A DNA stretch of 64,000 nucleotides, from NCBI GenBank assembly GCA_964532425.1, contig CAZHIA010000001.1, forward strand, positions 270,846 through 334,845, given 5' to 3'. Both the position numbers and the translations under genes were made by a program. This document shows, one piece after another, positions 16,180 through 25,485 of the stretch (its first letter is position 1; every line of letters starts with the position of its first letter). The notes beneath the pieces were generated by a model. The model was given only the letters and a program-made list of their open reading frames with translations. It made no database searches and had not been told where the DNA came from. Origin of the DNA: an uncultured Candidatus Saccharibacteria bacterium. Lineage in GTDB: Bacteria; Patescibacteriota; Doudnabacteria; UBA920.

Positions 16180-19100
16180 ATGTCCGAAGAGAAGCCACAA
16201 TCTACCGCACCAAATTTCGACCAGCTGGAACAAGAGGTTTTGAAGTTCTGGGACGAGAATCATATTTTCGAGAAGTCGCTGGAACAAACCAAGCACGGAA
16301 CACCGTACATTTTTTACGATGGCCCGCCGTTCGCTACGGGGTTGCCGCACTACGGCCATATTTTAGGCAGCGCGGTGAAAGATGCTTTCGGCCGCTACCA
16401 GACCATGAAGGGGCATTTTGTCCGGCGCCGCTGGGGCTGGGATTGCCATGGCTTGCCTATCGAGAACATCGTCGAACAGAATCTGAAAATCTCGGGCAAG
16501 AAGCAGATTGAAGAAGTCGGGGTGGAGCGTTTTAACCGCATCTGCCGCGAGAATGTGTTGCGATTTGCCGAAGAGTGGGGGAAGATGGTCAGGAGAATGG
16601 GCCGCTGGGTGGATTTTCAGAATTCCTATAAGACCATGGATACCACCTACATGGAAAGCGTGTGGTGGGGCCTCAAGCAGATTTGGGACAAGGGGCTCAT
16701 ATACGAAGACCGCAAAGTGCTGCTGTACTGTTCGCGCTGCGAAACGCCGATCAGTAATTTTGAAGTGGCCATGGACAACAGCTATCGCGATGTGACCGAA
16801 GAGTCCGTGTTCGCCAAATTCAAAATGCTGCCGCGCCAGCGCATCGTGAATGACCTGACCAATGACAAGACCTATGCCCTGGCCTGGACCACTACGCCGT
16901 GGACCCTGCCCGGCAACACCTCGCTTAACATCGGCCCGGACATAACGTATGTCATGGTAGAAATGGACAGTGGCGAGCGCTACATTCTCGCCAAGGACCG
17001 GCTGTCGGTCTTGTCCGAACCATATGAACTAGTGTCGGAATATCCGGCTCGCTCGCTGGAAGGATTGATGTACGAGCCGCTCTATCCTGGTGTAATCCGC
17101 GATCCGAACAACCGCGCCCACAAAATTTACCAAGCTAGCTTCGTGACCACCACTGACGGCACTGGCATCGTCCATAATGCGGCCATGTACGGTGAGGAGG
17201 ACTACCAACTGGCCAAGGAAAAGGGTTTGCCACGCGTGGATATGCTCGATCACAAAGGACAGTACTTGGAAATGGCACCGGAACATTTGCGCGGAGTCTT
17301 CTTTAAGGACGCGGACAAGATCATCCTGAAGGAGTTGAAAGAAAAAGGTTTGGTTTATAAGACCATGGCTTACCGCCACAGCTACCCGCACTGCTACCGC
17401 TGTGGCACGCCGCTGTTTTACAATGCCCTGCCTGCCTGGTTCATCAACATCCAACAGGTTAAGCCGCGATTGCGCCAGCTGAATAACCAGGAGATTAACT
17501 GGTATCCGGCGCATTTGAAGGAAGGCCGGTTCGACAAGAGCATGGAAAGCGCGCCGGACTGGAATATTTCCCGCAACCGCTATTGGGCTACGGCTTTGCC
17601 GTTTTGGAAATGCGATACTAAGGAATGTGGAAACGTCACATGTGTCGGGTCGGTTGCAGAGTTGAAAGAAAAAGCCACGAATTTTTCTCAAATTTATCCC
17701 AATTACGGATTACGGATTACGGATTCGGGGGCAACTGGCAGTGTTGCCGAACTGGATTTGCACAGGCCGTATATCGACCAGGTGGTGCTTAAGTGCGGGA
17801 AGTGCGGGGGAGAAATGCACCGCATTCCCGAAGTCGTGGACTGCTGGGTGGAAAGCGCGAGCATGCCGTTTGCGGAACTCCACTTTCCGTTTGAGAACAA
17901 CGCGGATCGAAACGCTGAACAATCGTTGATGTCGACTGCAGCCGCTGATGGCTCGCTGAATGACATGAATTTGTCAGGGATTATGGGTGGGTCTGATGTT
18001 GCCCCGACGACGCCTGCCGATGTTCAGCATCATTCCGCGTCAGATTCCGCGCCCTTCCGCGGTGTTGAAGACTTCCAGCATCGTTTCCCGGCGGATTTCG
18101 TGGCAGAGTATATCGCCCAAACACGTGCCTGGTTTTATGTCATGCACGTGGTCTCGACTGTCATCTTCGACCATGCCCCGTTCAGAAATGTGGTGACTAC
18201 GGGAACCGTACTGGCCGAAGACGGAAGCAAGATGAGCAAATCGAAGAATAATTTCCCGGATCCCTGGCTGCTTATAGAAAAATTCGGTATTGATGCCGTG
18301 CGGTTTTACCTGTTGTCCAGCCCGGTCATGAACGCCGATGATTTGAACTTCGCGGAAAAGAGCGTACAGGAAGTCAATCGCAAAGTGAGCCTGCTCCTCT
18401 ATAATTCCCTGACCTTCCTGCGCCTGTATACCTCGGGCAAGTTCGAAGACGTAAAACCTGAGTCATCAAATGTGCTTGACCGCTGGGTGCTGGCGCGCCT
18501 GGGTCAAACCAAGCGCGAAGTGACGCAGCAGATGGATGGCTACAATACGGTCAAAGCTTGCCGTGCCGTGGTTGATTTCGTAAACGACCTTTCCACCTGG
18601 TATTTGCGTCGCAGCCGCGACCGCATGAAGGCTGAGACCGAAGAAGGGAAAGTGGCTCTGTCTACGCTGGCATATGCCCTGGCTGAGACTGCCAAGCTGC
18701 TCGCTCCGGTTATGCCGTTCTTGGCGGATTACATCTATCGTGATGTGACCGGCAAGGAATCCGTGCACCTGGCTCAGTGGCCAGCCCAGACCGAGCATGT
18801 TGATGAGACTTTACTTAAGGCCATGGAAGCCGTGCGGGAAATTGTCTCGGTGGGTTTGAATGCCCGCAAGGAATTGAAGCTGCCGGTCCGCCAGCCATTG
18901 CAATCTTTGGCATACTCCGTCAAGGATGGTGCCGTTGAGGTTGCCGACAGTATGTATGTCCAGCTCATTCTCGATGAGCTCAACGTCAAGCAGTTGAATC
19001 CGCAGCTTCTGGACCAGCATACCCGTCCGGCGACAGCCAAGATCTTCACGGGTACCAACCTGGTCTCCCAGTTCTATTTGGACACAGCTTTAACGCCCGA

Positions 19101-19362
19101 ACTGAAAGCGGAAGGGTATGCCCGCGAACTGGAGCGGAGCGTTCAGGACCTGCGCAAGCGCAGCGGGCTGAAAGTGGGTGAATTAGTCGACGTCTATTAC
19201 AACACTCAGGAAGAATCTCTGGAGGAGCCACTGCTTAACCTGTTCGACCGCAAGAAGACTTACGTGAGCCAGATCTCCAAGAGTCTGGAAGTAGAAGCCG
19301 ACTTTGAAACTCAGGCCGACATTGACGGCAAGGGGATATGGCTGGGAATCGTGAAAATATAG
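16180..19362 (+). CDS. ileS: Isoleucine--tRNA ligase, type 2 (eukaryote/archaea-like)
   Basis: DGPPFATGLPHYGH, GWDCHGLP, WTTTPWTLP, DWNISRNRYW, KMSKS; long type-2 C-terminus. Confidence 0.98.
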   Translation: MSEEKPQSTAPNFDQLEQEVLKFWDENHIFEKSLEQTKHGTPYIFYDGPPFATGLPHYGHILGSAVKDAFGRYQTMKGHFVRRRWGWDCHGLPIENIVEQNLKISGKKQIEEVGVERFNRICRENVLRFAEEWGKMVRRMGRWVDFQNSYKTMDTTYMESVWWGLKQIWDKGLIYEDRKVLLYCSRCETPISNFEVAMDNSYRDVTEESVFAKFKMLPRQRIVNDLTNDKTYALAWTTTPWTLPGNTSLNIGPDITYVMVEMDSGERYILAKDRLSVLSEPYELVSEYPARSLEGLMYEPLYPGVIRDPNNRAHKIYQASFVTTTDGTGIVHNAAMYGEEDYQLAKEKGLPRVDMLDHKGQYLEMAPEHLRGVFFKDADKIILKELKEKGLVYKTMAYRHSYPHCYRCGTPLFYNALPAWFINIQQVKPRLRQLNNQEINWYPAHLKEGRFDKSMESAPDWNISRNRYWATALPFWKCDTKECGNVTCVGSVAELKEKATNFSQIYPNYGLRITDSGATGSVAELDLHRPYIDQVVLKCGKCGGEMHRIPEVVDCWVESASMPFAELHFPFENNADRNAEQSLMSTAAADGSLNDMNLSGIMGGSDVAPTTPADVQHHSASDSAPFRGVEDFQHRFPADFVAEYIAQTRAWFYVMHVVSTVIFDHAPFRNVVTTGTVLAEDGSKMSKSKNNFPDPWLLIEKFGIDAVRFYLLSSPVMNADDLNFAEKSVQEVNRKVSLLLYNSLTFLRLYTSGKFEDVKPESSNVLDRWVLARLGQTKREVTQQMDGYNTVKACRAVVDFVNDLSTWYLRRSRDRMKAETEEGKVALSTLAYALAETAKLLAPVMPFLADYIYRDVTGKESVHLAQWPAQTEHVDETLLKAMEAVREIVSVGLNARKELKLPVRQPLQSLAYSVKDGAVEVADSMYVQLILDELNVKQLNPQLLDQHTRPATAKIFTGTNLVSQFYLDTALTPELKAEGYARELERSVQDLRKRSGLKVGELVDVYYNTQEESLEEPLLNLFDRKKTYVSQISKSLEVEADFETQADIDGKGIWLGIVKI
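17899..18062. repeat. Inverted-repeat element lying in-frame inside ileS
   Basis: ACGCGGA/TCCGCGT and GCTGAACA/TGTTCAGC inverted pairs, TTCCGCG x3; encodes about 55 aa between HFPFEN and FPADF. Confidence 0.7.
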
Positions 19363-19481
19363 TAATCTCGAATATAACGAATACAGCGCAAATATACTTA
19401 TGCTGCTGGCCGTTCTTATCAACAAAGGATGGTGTGCGGTATTCGTATATTTGTGCTTGATTTGTATATTAGAGAATACTA
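19360..19481. repeat. About 122-bp hairpin/MITE-like element, copy 1
   Basis: TAGTAATCTCGAATATAACGAAT...TATATTAGAGAATACTA; near-identical to 27667-27789. Confidence 0.85.
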
Positions 19482-19484
19482 CTT

Positions 19485-20219
19485 ATGTCCAGAGAGAATG
19501 CCTATAATGCCTTCATCCTCAAAAAGCAGCCCTACGGCGAAGGTGATGAACTGATTACGGTGTATACGGAGGAAGCGGGGAAGCTGCGGGTGCTAGCCAA
19601 GTCGGTTAAGTTCAGCAAAAGCAAGCTGCAGTACAATTTGCAGTCCTTGTTTTTGGTGCGTCTTTCCGTGGCAGGTACACATTTGCCGCGCATTATCGGT
19701 TCCGAAGCACAGCAAATGTATCCGCTCTTGCGGGAACGGATGGAAGCAGTCCAGGCAGCTCTCTACGGTACGGAACTGCTCCTGAAGTTCACCCCGGACG
19801 AACAAAAGAATGAGCACCTATTCCTCCTGTTTGGAAAATTTTTGTCGTTTTTGGACCGGCTTGGGGAGAATCCGGCCGCGCTGCCGTGGGGTCTCATTAA
19901 ATATAAGATAGAATTTATGGAAGCCATTGGACTTGGCGTCCAGCATAATGATACGCCCGCAGGTGTTCCGCTTGGATTCTCGATGTCGCGCGGCGGGTTC
20001 ACTGCCGATGATGACTCCTTGGACTTCCAGCCAGTTAGCCCGCTCGTGCTGGCCCAGTATAAAGCCATGCTTGCAGCCTCCTTTGACGATTTGCTGAAAC
20101 CGGCTGCCAATACCCACTTGCCGCAAGGTGAGCCGGCCGAGCTGCAGCAGCTGTTATCCGGCTTCGTTACCAGCCAACTGGAGCGGGACGTGAAGTCAGA
20201 GCGGTTTTTGAAATTGTGA
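19485..20219 (+). CDS. recO: DNA repair protein RecO
   Basis: AFILKKQPYGEGDELITVYTEEAGKLRVLAK..K..SKL N-terminal OB-fold signature. Confidence 0.9.
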   Translation: MSRENAYNAFILKKQPYGEGDELITVYTEEAGKLRVLAKSVKFSKSKLQYNLQSLFLVRLSVAGTHLPRIIGSEAQQMYPLLRERMEAVQAALYGTELLLKFTPDEQKNEHLFLLFGKFLSFLDRLGENPAALPWGLIKYKIEFMEAIGLGVQHNDTPAGVPLGFSMSRGGFTADDDSLDFQPVSPLVLAQYKAMLAASFDDLLKPAANTHLPQGEPAELQQLLSGFVTSQLERDVKSERFLKL

Positions 20220-20227
20220 TATAATGG

Positions 20228-20325
20228 AATTGACAAATTAACAGATTAACAAATTAACAAATTGACTACAGAACTGCTCAATTGAGTCAATTTGTTAATT
20301 TGTGAATTATAAAATTTGTTAATTT
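20228..20325. repeat. Inverted array of 8-mer (AATT[A/G]ACA) units
   Basis: ACAAATTAACAAATTGACT (20249-20267) and its exact reverse complement (20285-20303). Confidence 0.8.
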
Positions 20326-20328
20326 CTT

Positions 20329-22215
20329 ATGTCTAATCAAGAAACAAATACCGAGGAATACGATCCCCAAGAATCCGAACCGGCGGATTTTCAACCCCGC
20401 CGGGTGGAGCAACCGATCGTCGACTCTGAACTTCGTTCGCGCGTGGAAGAATCCGACCAGGAGCCCGCGGCTGAGCCGAAGAGTTTTTATCAAGCCAATA
20501 AAGTGTTCATTTGGGCCATTGCCGGCGGATTGGTCATTATCGCTGCACTCTTTTTTGTATTGCTCAGAAAGCCCAAGCAGGTAGCGCCGACCCAAGCCAA
20601 AGTTGACGTGGCTATTACCCTGAACGGAGATCCTTCAGCCACTTCCGTGGCTAATAACGGTGAGGCGATCTATTACGTCAAAGTGGCCAATAAGGACGTG
20701 CAGAAGCTGACGAACGTCCAGTTGGAACTGGATTATCCGGAAGGCTTTGCCTACATTGACAGTACTCCGGCCGCCCAACCAAGCCTGGATAAGAGCCAGT
20801 CGATGTTTAGCATACCGGATTTGCAGCCGAACGGCCCTGAGGTCACCGTTATCGTCAAGACCAGAGCGTCCGGCAATGTGAATGACACCAAGACTCTGCA
20901 TGCCATTCTCCACTACCATTTCAGCAATTTCAATTCCGATTTTACGACGAAAAAGGATTTCGATATTCAGTTAGCTGCGGCACAAATTACGCTCGACCTG
21001 TCCGGTCCGCAATCGGTTACGCCGGGACAGATTGTGGTCTACACCGCTCATTATGTGAATAATTCAGACGGAGACCTAAAAAACGTCAAGATTCGCTTTA
21101 CGTATCCGCCTGGATTCTCCTTTGCTGCGGGTAATCCGCAGCCAAGCATTGGCAATAATGTCTGGAATCTCGGTACCGTATTAAAGGGCGGTGAGGGCAC
21201 GGTTGCGGTGCAGGGGTCGTTTACTTCGACCAATCCTGGCGAAAATAAGACCGTACAAACCGACCTCGTTACCACCGGTCCTGACGGCAGTGAACTGGTG
21301 CAAAATACTGCCCAGTTCTCTACGGGCATCGCCAGCACGCCGCTGCAGGTGACCCAGCAGCTCGATTCCAGCGAAGCGCCGATGACTGTGGATCCCGGCC
21401 AGACCATCACGTATGACATTAAATACCAGAATAATGCTTCGACCGCGGCTACCGGTGTGAACATTGTCATGACTCTGGATTCCAAGGCGCTTGATCTTTC
21501 CACGATTCGGGCTGAGGGCGCGCAGGTGACCGGCAGTACGCTGACCTGGAACGCTTCCATGGTACCGAAGCTTGAAACACTGGCGCCGAACGAATCAGGC
21601 GACGTAAAAGTGACGATACAGGTGAAAAATCCAGCCACGAAGGACTCTTCAAAGAATTTGAATGTGAATAGCTCTGTCAAAATCAAGTCCAATGAATACA
21701 TGTCGTATTTCAACGGCGGTGACTTGCAACTAAAAGTTACGAGCCCGGCGATCTTAAGCAAATCGCTCCTGTATTCCGACGGCCAGCTGCCGCCGCAGGT
21801 CGGCAAGACGACGACCTATAACGTCAGCTTGCAGCTATCGAACTCCACCAATGACTTCAGTAGCACGGTCGTAACTGCCTTCATCCCGCTCGGCCCTTCG
21901 GGTTTTGTCCAGGGAAGCGTGAACGCCGACCAGGTTTCCAATGTCAACTATGATCCTGCTACCGGCAAATTGACATGGAATGTCGGCAGCCTGCCGGCTC
22001 ATGCCGGACAGTTTAGTCCGGCCAAAGCGCTCCGTTTCCAGGTTAAGCTGAATCCATCATCCTCTATGGCCGGCAGCCAGCCGGTTCTGGTCAAGAATAT
22101 CCAGTTTACAGCCACTGACACCTATACCGGCCAGCAAGTTACGGGCAGCGCCGAAGATGTGACCACGGATGACATACCGGGCAATAGCTATGGCAATGGT
22201 TCGGTACAGCAGTGA
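20329..22215 (+). CDS. Membrane-anchored protein with repeated DUF11/Ig-like domains
   Basis: Single TM then repeats such as PGQIVVYT..Y.N and PGQTITYDIKYQN, W.LG.V..G..G. Confidence 0.8.
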   Translation: MSNQETNTEEYDPQESEPADFQPRRVEQPIVDSELRSRVEESDQEPAAEPKSFYQANKVFIWAIAGGLVIIAALFFVLLRKPKQVAPTQAKVDVAITLNGDPSATSVANNGEAIYYVKVANKDVQKLTNVQLELDYPEGFAYIDSTPAAQPSLDKSQSMFSIPDLQPNGPEVTVIVKTRASGNVNDTKTLHAILHYHFSNFNSDFTTKKDFDIQLAAAQITLDLSGPQSVTPGQIVVYTAHYVNNSDGDLKNVKIRFTYPPGFSFAAGNPQPSIGNNVWNLGTVLKGGEGTVAVQGSFTSTNPGENKTVQTDLVTTGPDGSELVQNTAQFSTGIASTPLQVTQQLDSSEAPMTVDPGQTITYDIKYQNNASTAATGVNIVMTLDSKALDLSTIRAEGAQVTGSTLTWNASMVPKLETLAPNESGDVKVTIQVKNPATKDSSKNLNVNSSVKIKSNEYMSYFNGGDLQLKVTSPAILSKSLLYSDGQLPPQVGKTTTYNVSLQLSNSTNDFSSTVVTAFIPLGPSGFVQGSVNADQVSNVNYDPATGKLTWNVGSLPAHAGQFSPAKALRFQVKLNPSSSMAGSQPVLVKNIQFTATDTYTGQQVTGSAEDVTTDDIPGNSYGNGSVQQ

Positions 22216-22281
22216 CAGGGATAGTGCTGAGTGAATAGCGAATAGTGAATAGTCGAAAGTGAAAAGTTATCAAGTTGAAAG

Positions 22282-22311
22282 AAAATCCCGAAGCATGCGC
22301 TTCGGGGTTTT
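22282..22311 (+). terminator. Intrinsic terminator
   Basis: CCCGAAGC-atgc-GCTTCGGG followed by TTTT. Confidence 0.7.
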
Positions 22312-22330
22312 AATATCCTGCGGCTCCTAA

Positions 22331-22366
22331 AACGTTGATCGTTCGCGGCCGCGAACGATCAACGTT
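22331..22366. repeat. Solo copy of palindrome family A
   Basis: AACGTTGATCGTTCGCGG|CCGCGAACGATCAACGTT, perfect 36 bp; 35/36 identical to 13786-13821. Confidence 0.95.
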
Positions 22367-22425
22367 GGTGTATTTATGGATGTTCAGTGATTGCGAATCC
22401 TTTCGAGGTTTGATATGCTGCTGTC

Positions 22426-23043
22426 ATGAGAAAACTCTTTTTGACATCAGCTTTTGACCGGGTAGCGGCACCGGTCATGGAATATTTGTGGGAGCATCAG
22501 AAGACCAAGGTTGCTTATATTCCGACGGCTTTTGAAATATATAAAGAAGCACCGTGGGCTGAGGTAAACAGGAAGTTGTTTTCGAGGCAGGGTTTTACTA
22601 TGATTGATACACCAGTCTCGCGGATGACAAAAGATGATCTGATCAGCAAATTAGGCGAAATAAATGTTTTGTTTATCGAAGGAGGCAATACGACATACTT
22701 GCTGCAAAAGTGTTTGGAGAGCGGTCTTTGCGAGCTTATACTGAGCCTGGTTGAAACGGGGGTTGTGTATATCGGTTCCAGTGCCGGATCAATTGTGGCT
22801 GGGCCGACCATTGCGCCGTTTATTCCGGAAGACATGAAGGAGTTACCGAGAGGTTATCAAATTTTATCCGATCGCGGTTTTGGATTGGTGCCGGAAGTTG
22901 TTTTGCCGCATTATGATACCGGAGAATTTGCAGCTGAAAATGATATGATCAAGGCTGAGTATGGATCTGCTTTGAAGTTGGTGCCTTTAAATGATGACCA
23001 GTATTTGGAAGTGACAGGGGGGAAGGTGGAATTGAAAGGGTGA
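22426..23043 (+). CDS. Peptidase S51 (peptidase E-like, class I glutamine amidotransferase-like fold)
   Basis: YIPTA, FIEGGNT..L, YIGSSAGS, LPHY motifs. Confidence 0.9.
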   Translation: MRKLFLTSAFDRVAAPVMEYLWEHQKTKVAYIPTAFEIYKEAPWAEVNRKLFSRQGFTMIDTPVSRMTKDDLISKLGEINVLFIEGGNTTYLLQKCLESGLCELILSLVETGVVYIGSSAGSIVAGPTIAPFIPEDMKELPRGYQILSDRGFGLVPEVVLPHYDTGEFAAENDMIKAEYGSALKLVPLNDDQYLEVTGGKVELKG

Positions 23044-23054
23044 TGGTTATATGT

Positions 23055-23084
23055 TGTAGGGACAGGTCGCGACCTGTCCGTACA
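23055..23084 (+). repeat. GTAG-family REP upstream of RAYT
   Basis: TGTAGGGACAGGTCGCGACCTGTCCGTACA. Confidence 0.85.
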
Positions 23085-23094
23085 GGGAACAGCT

Positions 23095-23616
23095 ATGTTT
23101 CAAAGAAAAGCCAATCGTTTGCAAGAATACGATTATTCCCAGCCGGGGTATTACTTTATTACCCAGTGCGTACAAGATCGGAGATGTTGTTTGGGAGCGG
23201 TGGTCGGTGGGGAGATGGTGTTGAATGAATACGGGAAGATCGTGCAGCGACAATGGCAATGGTTGGCCGAACATTTTCCAAATGTACAATTAGATGAATT
23301 TCAGATCATGCCCAACCACGTGCATGGGATTGTGATCATAACCCCGGCGGGAAACGGCCAGGGTGGTGTGTTTGTAGGGGACGGTCGCGACCGTCCCGTA
23401 CAGAAACCGCTTCCCGATTTAATCGGCGCATTTAAAACCACATCGTCAAAACTGATCCACCGTGCAGGTTTTACCGATTTCTCTTGGCACCGGTCCTTCT
23501 ACGACCACGTCATCCGCAAAGACGAATCGTTAGACAAAGTAAGGGAGTACATTCGTAACAATCCCAAGCAGTGGGAATTGGATGAGGAGAACCCAATCAA
23601 TATAAAGAAAAGTTAA
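23095..23616 (+). CDS. REP-associated tyrosine transposase (RAYT; IS200/Y1 HUH family)
   Basis: RL..YDYS.PGYYFIT, MPNHVHGI (HUH), WHRSFYDHVIR, YIRNNP (catalytic Tyr); REP copy inside the gene at 23373-23402. Confidence 0.93.
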   Translation: MFQRKANRLQEYDYSQPGYYFITQCVQDRRCCLGAVVGGEMVLNEYGKIVQRQWQWLAEHFPNVQLDEFQIMPNHVHGIVIITPAGNGQGGVFVGDGRDRPVQKPLPDLIGAFKTTSSKLIHRAGFTDFSWHRSFYDHVIRKDESLDKVREYIRNNPKQWELDEENPINIKKS

Positions 23617-23624
23617 ATACCCCC

Positions 23625-23697
23625 TGTAGGGACAGGCATTGCCTGCCCTCCATACAGGTCGGTCATTGTTGGGGAATCACCAATAGCTGCCCTTACA
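23625..23697 (+). repeat. Degenerate GTAG REPs downstream of RAYT
   Basis: TGTAGGGACAGGCATTGCCTGCCCTC and a more decayed TGTTGGGG...CCCTTACA. Confidence 0.6.
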
Positions 23698-23726
23698 AAA
23701 ACCGCCATCCATTCGGATGGCGGTTT
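23697..23726. terminator. Bidirectional terminator
   Basis: AAACCGCCATCC-attc-GGATGGCGGTTT between convergent genes. Confidence 0.75.
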
Positions 23727-23762
23727 ACTATTCGCTATTTACTCTCCGCACTTCGCTACTCA

Positions 23763-24926
23763 CTAGGGGTGTATAAATCCTTTCACGCTCGAGCTGCCGA
23801 TCGGAATCCAGCGGTAGTCGACTTTGCCGAATTTTTCGTAGTTCATTTCCGAAACCAGGAAGCGGTCGTCTTCTACCTGTTCAACCAGCGCAACGTGGCC
23901 GTAACGGCGGCTGTCATTGGTGACCACGATGGATCCGACTGCCGGCGTGTTGCTTACCACGGCGCCATATGCCTTGGCGTTGGCCAGCCAGGATTTGGCA
24001 TTGCCGCCCCACGGCACATGAACTTTAGTCGAAACATAGTAGGTGCAATAGCCCCATGGGAACAAGTGCCCCGTGCCTTCGTCGTATACGCGCGGCGTTG
24101 CCACGCCGGAACCGCCTACCTTGCTCGGGTCGGTTTTTGGTTTGGGTTTGGCTTGCGGTTTGGGCGCTGGCGGCAGCGGCATATGGCCGCCCGGAACGAT
24201 AATCAGTTGTCCCGCCGTGATATCTTCGGCATTCTCCAGGCCGTTATATGAAATGATGGTATCGAGATTACCGGAGTATTTTTTGGCGATGTCGGGCAGG
24301 GTGTCATTGCTGGTGGCTTTGACCAGGACGCCGTTAGTCGGCAGAATAATTAACTGCCAACCGGGCTTTAATACGGTCGAAGTCGAGATCTTGTTGGCAT
24401 CAGCCAGTGTTTGTACGGTGATGCCGTTGGCAGTAGCGACGGAAGACAAGGTGTCCTTGTCTTTAGTCTCGTAGATTTTGATCTGTTTGGCAATGAGGCT
24501 GTCTACGCTGTCTGGGTTTGGTTTGACTATCGCGTTCTCGTTGATGACCAGTCCGAAATCGTCGGAGTTGTCAAAATATGAGTCGTTGGCATTCAGGCCT
24601 TGGAAATCATCGGCGCTGGCCTGGCTGATAAAACCGCCCGGACTGACCATGACGGTGTTAATGCTCGTTTCCTTGGCATAGAGCTTGTTGTTCAGGGACA
24701 CGTGGTAGGAGAGAAGTTTGGCAGCGTGGCTGTCATCGGTATACATGCGCGTATGGAAGAATCCGAAGTAGTAAATGTTCAGCCCACCGACGACAAAAAC
24801 CAAGCCCAGGACGAGCATCTCACTGGAGAATTTCAAAGATATATCCATCCAATCCATCTTTTTGACATGGACCGCTGGGAATGCGTTTATGTGAACTCGT
24901 TTGAACTGAGGCAGCCGCCGGCTCAC
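23763..24926 (-). CDS. LysM-LysM-CHAP peptidoglycan hydrolase
   Basis: Two LysM repeats (DTLSSVA..NGI, DTLPDIAKKY), Pro linker, CHAP (FPWGYCTYY, WGGNA..W, YGHVALVE, SEMN); frame stays open upstream to a possible ATA start at 25022. Confidence 0.92.
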   Translation of the reverse strand: MSRRLPQFKRVHINAFPAVHVKKMDWMDISLKFSSEMLVLGLVFVVGGLNIYYFGFFHTRMYTDDSHAAKLLSYHVSLNNKLYAKETSINTVMVSPGGFISQASADDFQGLNANDSYFDNSDDFGLVINENAIVKPNPDSVDSLIAKQIKIYETKDKDTLSSVATANGITVQTLADANKISTSTVLKPGWQLIILPTNGVLVKATSNDTLPDIAKKYSGNLDTIISYNGLENAEDITAGQLIIVPGGHMPLPPAPKPQAKPKPKTDPSKVGGSGVATPRVYDEGTGHLFPWGYCTYYVSTKVHVPWGGNAKSWLANAKAYGAVVSNTPAVGSIVVTNDSRRYGHVALVEQVEDDRFLVSEMNYEKFGKVDYRWIPIGSSSVKGFIHP

Positions 24927-25485
24927 CTGGAACAGGAATTTCTTGGTGTAATACTGGCTGATGAATGCAAGCTTGGCGTAGAATTTTTTGTACGCCTGGA
25001 GCTGGATTTTGAGACGGTGTATAGTATCTCCCTTACCTTGCCTGTCCCTTTAAACTATCGAAGCATCGTCCTGAAACAGCGGACGGACAAGGTTTGATAT
25101 CCACGCGATTACGGGCAATTAAAAAAACATAGAAAAGGCCGGACTGTTCCAGTTAGGGTCTTGCTCTATGTATTGAATCTGCCATGGACATCTTTATGAT
25201 ATTCTGCAAATTTCTTAGTTTATGGTTATCTGTTAAAAGTCTACCAAAGCGGCACCGGCGGGGCAAGAAGATTCTCCACAGGATAGCTTAAATAAGCCTA
25301 GTATAAGCCAAAAAACATAAATTTCAGCTTAAGTAAGCAAAAATATCATGGTGCTGAAAAACCCTGCCGTACATACGCGGGGTTTGGGGTAGCTGACGGT
25401 GCAGCCTTTGTAGCTTTACATGCCGAGTTCATGAGTTCGAGAGTATGATATAATTCAGAAGAATTGAGAACGCGCATACCATATT

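Noticed and set aside
17899-18062. Intein or self-splicing intron in ileS (likewise argS and rsmA inserts)
   Set aside because: No Cys/Ser...His-Asn intein termini; too short and lacking group I/II core motifs; reading frames stay open
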